DNA of 63,366 nucleotides, counting the filler, from Reclinomonas americana ATCC 50394 (Eukaryota), in NCBI GenBank assembly GCA_048213135.1. It is 23 parts of 23 records of this genome, joined end to end, with 100 filler letters (N's around TTAATTAATTAA, not from the genome) between each part and the next. Parts side by side here need not be neighbours in the genome. Positions count along the whole stretch, not along the records: positions 55,266 to 58,776 come from AFZH01024397.1; positions 58,877 to 62,262 come from AFZH01024398.1; positions 62,363 to 63,366 come from AFZH01024402.1; 20 more parts are not named here. One strand, written 5' to 3'. A model generated the notes under the pieces. The model saw only the letters and a program-made list of their open reading frames with translations, made no database searches and was not told the DNA's origin. This document shows, one piece after another, positions 56,490-63,366 of this stretch. A program made the translations under genes and the position numbers. Each line of letters begins with the position of its first letter. Positions within the stretch are counted from its first letter, which is position 1.

Positions 56490-57681
56490 CATTCATCCCC
56501 TGCACTCTGAGCAAGGTGACGGGCGACGGATCGGGACCCGTCAACACAGGGCACACGTGCCCCCGCAAACCAATTACAACGTCGTGCAACGCGCCGAGGA
56601 GATCCATGGCGGACTGCGCGGAGCACACGCCGCGCAGCGATTTGAGGTAGAGTTGAATCAGCGGCGATGGCGACGCATCGCCACTGCCGCCACTGCCACT
56701 GCCACCAATCAGCGCATCGCACACCGACGGCAACGCATCAAACATCGACATGCAGCCGTTCCACGGCTGCACCGACTCGTGCACCGGCACCGACGCCAGC
56801 GCACTGGCCGCCGGCGATCCCGCCGGTTTCACAATCAGCGGCGCGGCCGGTGACGAGGCCATGGTCAGCAGTGGACGCGACGCTGCGGCCGCCGATGCCG
56901 CCGCCGACGCCGACGACGACGACGAGCCTACTCCATGCAACAGCGGCGACGCATTCATGGCCGCCGCCGCCAACGAGGCCACGGCCGCCGGCGATGCGGT
57001 CGGTGCATGGCCGACCTGCGCCAACAACAGCGCCTGCATTGCTGTATTCAGTGGCGTCGCATTGCTGCCGCCGCCGCCGACACCGCCCATCACCGGCTGC
57101 GGAGGAGCCATGGCGTTGGCCATCGGTGGCGTACTCAACGAGCTGCCCAGCGGTCCCTCCGTCGACGCATTCCGGTTCAACATCAACGCAAACAGTGCCG
57201 GCGTCTTCTTCTTGCTGTCAATCGCCACACCGTCGCCCACCGAGGCTGCTGGCGGCGGTTGTGGTGGCTGCTGCTGTTGCTGTTGTTGTTGCTGTTGTGG
57301 AGGAAGTGGTGATGACGCGCCTCCGGTTTGTGAAAACGGAGACGAGGATGCGCCGGCAGGCTGACCAAAGCTACCCAGTGGATGATGCAATGCATGATGA
57401 TGATGGTGCAGCGATGACGACGACGACGAGTAGTGATTGTGTTGCAGTGGTGGCTGAAAGTGACGCGAGGGCTGACCGAGCGAGTGCGTCACCGCGGCTG
57501 CTGCGGCGGCTGCAGAGGCGATCTGCGCCAGTTGATCGGCAGGCGCAGCATCGTACGAGTTGGGATGTGGAGGTGTGGCAGTTGGAGTGGTGCTCGTGGT
57601 CGTTCCAGGCGGCAAATGATGATGATGGTGATGATGTTGTTGATACAGATGCGGTGGCAAGGAGAATCCATTCGCCATCAT
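56490..57681 (-). CDS. Low-complexity His/Gln/Ala-rich eukaryotic protein, first exon
   Basis: Long ORF with codon-like periodicity, ending in a purine-rich intron; no recognisable domain. Confidence 0.5.
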
Positions 57682-58899
57682 TGCATACGAGGCCTACATA
57701 AGCGGAGGAAGGGAGCGGGGAGAGATAGACAGTCAGCCATGTGTCTGCTTTTGACTGCGCGAACAGGCACAAGGGGAAACGAAAGAGAAAAGAAAAGAGG
57801 GAACGCAAGACAGGAGGCGCGGAAAGACGAGTGACCGCCAAACGGAGTTTGCAACACGACTTACCGGGTCCACCGACGCAGGGTTAAGTGCAGAGAGATC
57901 GCCGCCACCACCATACACTGTGCGCGCAACTGCCAGGTGAGTCGAAACACACAAACAAGAAAAAAAACAGGAGCTCTACAAATTCGCGCGCGCGTAACTT
58001 CGTTTGTGCTGTTGTTGCTGTTGCTGCTGCTGCTGCTCATTCAACGCAAATGGAGAGGCTGCAGCTGCAGCAGCAGCAGCCGCCGCGAGCGCCGACGAAT
58101 GTCCATTGGTGCCACCGCCGAGAAGCGTGAAAGAGCCTACAGTGGCATTTCCGACGCGAATGCTCGAGTTCGAAGGCAGGAAGCGGAAGTCGACTTCGCC
58201 TTCCCAGTTCTTGCCCTGCAGCGCCGCTTTTTCGGCCTCAATTTCCGCCCGTCGTCGTCGCTTGCGTCGTTGCACATCGCGACACGTCTCCTCCAGGCCC
58301 AGACTCACACATCGTCTGAGCAAGAGAGAGAAAATGCACACAGAAAAAAGAATAAGCACACACGCAGACAAGGGAAGACAGGAGCGTGTGAGAGTGCGAT
58401 GTTGCCAAGAGGGGCGGATACGGGGACGAACTGATGCAGCACACAAAAGGGGACTATTCACGGAGGCTCGTGATTGTTGGACAACCCCGTAAGGAAGGTG
58501 TGGGATTCGAAGTGATGTTCTCTCTCTCTCTGCGTGTGTGAGACCAACCGCACAGTGCGTGTGTGTGCGTGTGTGGTGAAGACAGTGTGCGACAGCGTTG
58601 ACAGGCGAACGCAGAGCGATGGCGGGAATCACGAGGAAAACAAGCTGTCTTATGTACGTGCGCGTGTGTGTGTTGTGGACGTCAGCGACAGAGTGTGTCG
58701 CGCTCAACGATCTGCACAACGAGGCGCAACAAGAGACAGACAGACGCAGAGAGCGAGGATAGATTCGCCCACAGTGNNNNNNNNNNNNNNNNNNNNNNNN
58801 NNNNNNNNNNNNNNNNNNNNTTAATTAATTAANNNNNNNNNNNNNNNNNNNNNNNNNNNNNNNNNNNNNNNNNNNNGAGAGAGAGAGAGAGAGAGAGCA

Positions 58900-59976
58900 A
58901 GAATCTCACCCGCGGTTGTGGTGGAGGTTGGCGGTCGTCGAATTCGCTGCGAGACAAACAAAGCAAGTGAGTCGAATGAGGCGAGCGACAGTGATGAGTC
59001 AACTTGGTCGCACCTGTGCTCCAAGTCGGTGGCCAACCTTCTTCGCTGCTCATCCTCCATTCTTCTCCGGTCTTCGTCATCCTGTGTAGTCGCTGGTGTC
59101 AGAGAGGAACCAAAAGTGATCACAAGACACACACACCACCAACTCACCTTTCGCACACGCTCGCGTTCCATGGCCTCGGCCTCCTCACGCTGCGCACGCA
59201 GTCGCTCTGCAATCTCGCGCTCCTGTGCCTCCTTGGCCGCCTGGGCGCGTAACCTCTCCCGCTCAGCCTCGGCTGAGCGCTGCCGTTCCGCCTCCATCTC
59301 GGCCGCTCTCCGCGCCTCCGAGTCATCCTCTCGCGACGCACGTCGGCCTTGTGATTGTGGTGGTGGTGGCGGGGGTGGCGCTTGCTGCTGCTGTTGTTGT
59401 TGCTGTTGTTGCATGCGAGCGGCAAAGTCGTCAAACGGATTTCGCTCGCCGAATTTGCGCCTGAACATGTGGTCGTCGTCGTCGGGCTCCTCCACCACGG
59501 GGCCGCCGGAGCCGCCGGGTGGGATGCGGATTTCGCTCTCGTCGGCCGGTTCCTCCACCTCGAAGGAGAGGCGGGGTGGCATGTAGCCGTTGGAGGAGCC
59601 CTGGGGGGAGGGAAAGGGGAAGGAGGGTGAGCAGAGGGAGGACAGGGAAAGAAGTCACCGACTCTCAGAGAGAAACGCTGGGTTCTCACTAAACAATCTG
59701 CCGCTCGTTTACACAGTCAACACACATATTCACAATGCAAGATAGACAACACCAAGATGCAAGCAAACTGTTGCATCTAACCCATACAACTACACTCAAT
59801 CACTCGCCACACATTTACGCACACGGACTCTCCTGCTCACTCACTCAGGAATTCACTCAAGCACCATTTGCGCACATACTCCCTACCTTTCTGTGTCTCT
59901 TTGCTCACTCGCTCACTGTACGCTCCACGACAAGATCAGACGTGGATCTACCTGAGCAATATCGACACTGGGGCAC

Positions 59977-60011
<35 letters not shown>

Positions 60012-61640
60012 CCCAATAACCTCAATGAACGCCCTCACTCCACAACCATTCTCCTACACATGCAATCAAGGAGGACAGTGTACTAAGCACTTTCTGTCTC
60101 ACGCAATTCCTTTTCCTCTGTAACCTCACTTGTCTCTCTCATTCACGCCTACATGCTGCGGCATTCGCTCACCTGGAAACACACTCACCCACTAACTCCT
60201 CCACAAAAATGCAAACCACTGTGTCGTCTCCCTTTCCTCTCTACCCCCTTATTCGTCTTATTCTCTCTCTGGCGCTCAACACTCACATACTCAATGCACT
60301 CTCTCTCTCTCCTTCTCCCCCTCTCTCTCTTGCCTCTCTTCCCTCTCTTCTTCCCCACCACAACGCACCCTCTTCTCCAGCGGCTCCAGCGCCCTCTCCA
60401 ACTCGGCCATGCGCGTAACACCCGACCCACGCGGCTTGCCGGGAATGTCGGACTCGATAACCATCGACGAGGAGGCCATGTGTCGGTGCGCGGCGACAAC
60501 ACTCTTCAAAATCTCCCGCAGGTAATGGTTGCAGTCGAGTCGCCACGTTGCTGAAAGAAATAAAGTGAGATCGAGCATCGCTCTGAAGAGAAGGGGAGAT
60601 CTAAAACACGCAACGCTTTCCACGATCGCAGTGAATGAGATAGTCGACCAGGAACAACTCGTAAAACTTCTCCACCAGCACCTCGCCATGCCGCTTCATG
60701 GTGAGGATTTCGCACAGCGACTCCAGCGGCGTGACCAGCACGTCGTCCTCCTTGTTGCCCTCGACCATTTGCGAGGTGACCAGCACGTCCACACAAATGT
60801 ACAGAATGGCCCACAATTCGTGCGACTCCACGTCGAAGGAGGTCATGAGGCGCTCGATCATGGCCACGTAGGGACGTACTTCGGGTCGGCGGGACCACAG
60901 GTCGAGGAGGTTTTCGCTCTGTGGGAGGGGCAAGGAGGGAAAGGCGGAAGTGAGAACAGAGGGAAGGGGAAGGAAAAGGGGGAGAGAAGGGGGGAGAGGA
61001 AAAGGAGAAAGAAGGGGGAAGAAGGGGAAGCAGGGAGACGAAGGGGAAAGAAGGAAGCAATGCAAGAAGGGAATAAGAGAGGCAAAGTGAAGATAGGAAA
61101 CGAGAGAAGGGGGAGAAGGAAGGAGAAGGGAAGGAGAAGGACGGAGAAGGAAGGAGAAGGGAGGAGAAGGGAGGAGAAGGAAGGAGAAGCAAGGAGAAAG
61201 AAGGAGAAGAGAGGTGAGGAGAAGGAAGGAGAAAGAAGGAGACGGAAGACAAAGAGAGGTGAGGAGAAGGAAGGAAACGAGAGTAGAAGAGAGACAGAGT
61301 GATGAAGAGAGAAAGAGCAGACGATACCGAGGCCATTAACGCTGCTCTCCAACAAGTCAACGCAACATCCTCCAACACTGGCAGGCTGAACTTGAAGTAT
61401 CGAACGAGGCACAGATACTCGGCGGCGTTGAGGGCCGACTCGCAGTCGAGTGGTGCGGGGTACAAGAAGTGGGGAATGCCCTCGGCTGCACGAAGCGTGG
61501 CTGAGTTGAGAGTGCAAACACGACTGGAGAGAATCACTCGGTGAGACGCAACGACCCTCCTCGAAGGCCATGACCAGGTCAGAGAATGTGCGGAATCGAT
61601 CCTTGAGCTCCTCCTTGACGCCTGTGGCGTGCTCTGTGAA
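58900..61640 (-). CDS. Multi-exon hypothetical eukaryotic protein (exons ~61320-61640, 60620-60918, 60370-60550, 59148-59600)
   Basis: Coding-like blocks separated by polypyrimidine introns; C-terminal poly-Q and E/R coiled coil; no family recognised. Confidence 0.45.
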
Positions 61641-62368
61641 GAATGACGAGTGAGCACGAGAGAGGAATGTGTTACATAGTGCAGTCTGCAGGATCTATCA
61701 ATATCTCTCACAACAGCGCCGAGGGTCAAGCGAGAGAATTCTGAACGCATAGATCTCCTTCTCATTCCGCGACTCGTCAAGCAGCTCACAAGAGCGATGC
61801 GCACGAGTCGGGTTCTTGAGAGAGCAACAGGGACAGTGAAAAGATCTTCCCTCTCATTCTTGACTCGTCAAGCAGCAAGGAGAGATAAAGAACATACATC
61901 TGCAACTCATCAAGAAGCTCGAAGGTTCACATGCACACAAAGAGAGCGGGTTGCACGAATCGGACTCTCGAGAGAGGAATAGTGAGTGCCTCTCTCTCAA
62001 TGGATCTCACTGCAACTCGCCAAGCAGCGCACACGAGTCGGGGGGGTTTTTGAGAGAGAGAGAGACAGTGACAGAGAACAGATCATCCGTCTCTGCATTC
62101 TGCTCAAGCAGAGCGAGAGCGAATTGCACGAGTCGGACCCTTGAGAGAGGCATAGTGAATACCTCTCTCTCTCTCACACCCTCTGAGACTCGTCAAGAAG
62201 CGCACACGACTCGAGAGAGAGAGAGAGAGGCACACACAAAGAACATCCACCCGTCTCTGCTANNNNNNNNNNNNNNNNNNNNNNNNNNNNNNNNNNNNNN
62301 NNNNNNTTAATTAATTAANNNNNNNNNNNNNNNNNNNNNNNNNNNNNNNNNNNNNNNNNNNNTCCAGC

Positions 62369-63230
62369 ATGGATCCGGCGGCGCAGCAGCACACGCCGGT
62401 GCCTCTGGTGGTGGTGTACGACGACTTGGACTGGAGCGCTCACTGCGAGCGGCGCTCGCGTATTGCCCTTTGCATGCCATCATTCCTGCTGGTTTGTTGT
62501 GTTCGATTCCAGTTAGTGTGTGTATCGTTGTTTGCCTACAACATCATTTGCTGCCAGATTTGCTGGCGGAAGTGGCCAATGGTGGCGACGACTACGACTT
62601 CTCGTTGCCTTGCAAGCTATTGCGACAGGAGATTGATGCGGTTGACAGGCTGATGCTTTTCGCCAATCTTATGCGCCGAGAGCTGCGCGGCAAGTTCAGC
62701 ACCCTGGTGCTTGCCGCCAAAAGTATGGCAGATCCAGAGGAGGATGTGGTGGACCTGCAGTGCTGGCTGAGCTACTTGGACGCACTGGCGAGCATCGTGC
62801 CTTGTATACGTACCATGTCGAACGGTGTCGTGCGCGTGACGCATGGAGGCGTGTCGGCGCACTTGCAGATGCTTGCGCGGGATGGCGAGAGGAACGCATT
62901 CTCTCTCGGGTCGTTGTGTGGCGAAACGGCGACGATCGCGCGGGAACTGCTGCACGTGAAGAAGCAGATCGATAACTGCATCCGATGCTTTTCCGCATCT
63001 GGATCCACTGCATCACATGCGGATAGTGGCGTGCAGTCTCCTCTCCATCTGTCGGTGTCGCACCTGCGAGCACTCCTGTCGCGCATTCAGTGTGATGAAT
63101 CATCACAGCCGATGCACGTCGACGATGCTGGCACTGACGATGTCGATGCTGGTCACAGTGCAGCAGGTGTTGGTGGAGGTGAGATTGTTGTTGTTGCATC
63201 GCATCGGTGCACCACCAGCGGTGTACTCAC
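62369..63230 (+). CDS. Hypothetical eukaryotic protein fragment
   Basis: Coding-like frame 62558-63230; splice phase to ATG 62369 not resolved. Confidence 0.35.
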
Positions 63231-63366
63231 AGTCTTCATTGCATCGTCTCTCTGCAGTCACTGCAACAATGTATGATCAGGACACCAGTGCGACGGCGGC
63301 TGCCGGTGTCGTTCGCGATTGTGAGCACAGGCCTGACCAAGAATCCGGTGGCGGTGTGTGCATGCA

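Overview
This window is not one locus. It is 23 contigs joined by 22 identical 100-bp artificial spacers (44 N + TTAATTAATTAA + 44 N). The contigs appear to come from at least three organisms: an intron-rich, microsatellite-rich unicellular eukaryote; one or more high-GC Alphaproteobacteria; and an actinobacterium resembling Microbacteriaceae. The most striking contig is 6036-14307. It holds a 208-aa catalytic-domain-only tyrosine recombinase next to an array of short genes, each bracketed by copies of a ~30-bp site (12-6-12, consensus NNN-GTCCGC-NNN-GGGYSG-NNN-GCGGAC-NNN). This looks like an integron- or shufflon-like cassette array that uses lox/dif-style sites instead of attC. Next to it is a 1657-aa NACHT/STAND protein whose C-terminal domain is a GT4 glycosyltransferase. 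The eukaryotic contigs contain spliced genes that the ORF track misses or splits: beta-adaptin (with a GC-AG intron) head-to-head with a TSET sigma (TSPOON/LOLITA)-like gene, NOC3, an intron-containing phage-type fibre gene with a Peptidase S74 chaperone, and a TPR-coiled-coil-IRAK/RLK-like kinase that needs two consecutive 4-nt microexons. Several single-base lesions and flow-order noise suggest pyrosequencing errors. All family calls come from motif recognition by eye; no searches were run.
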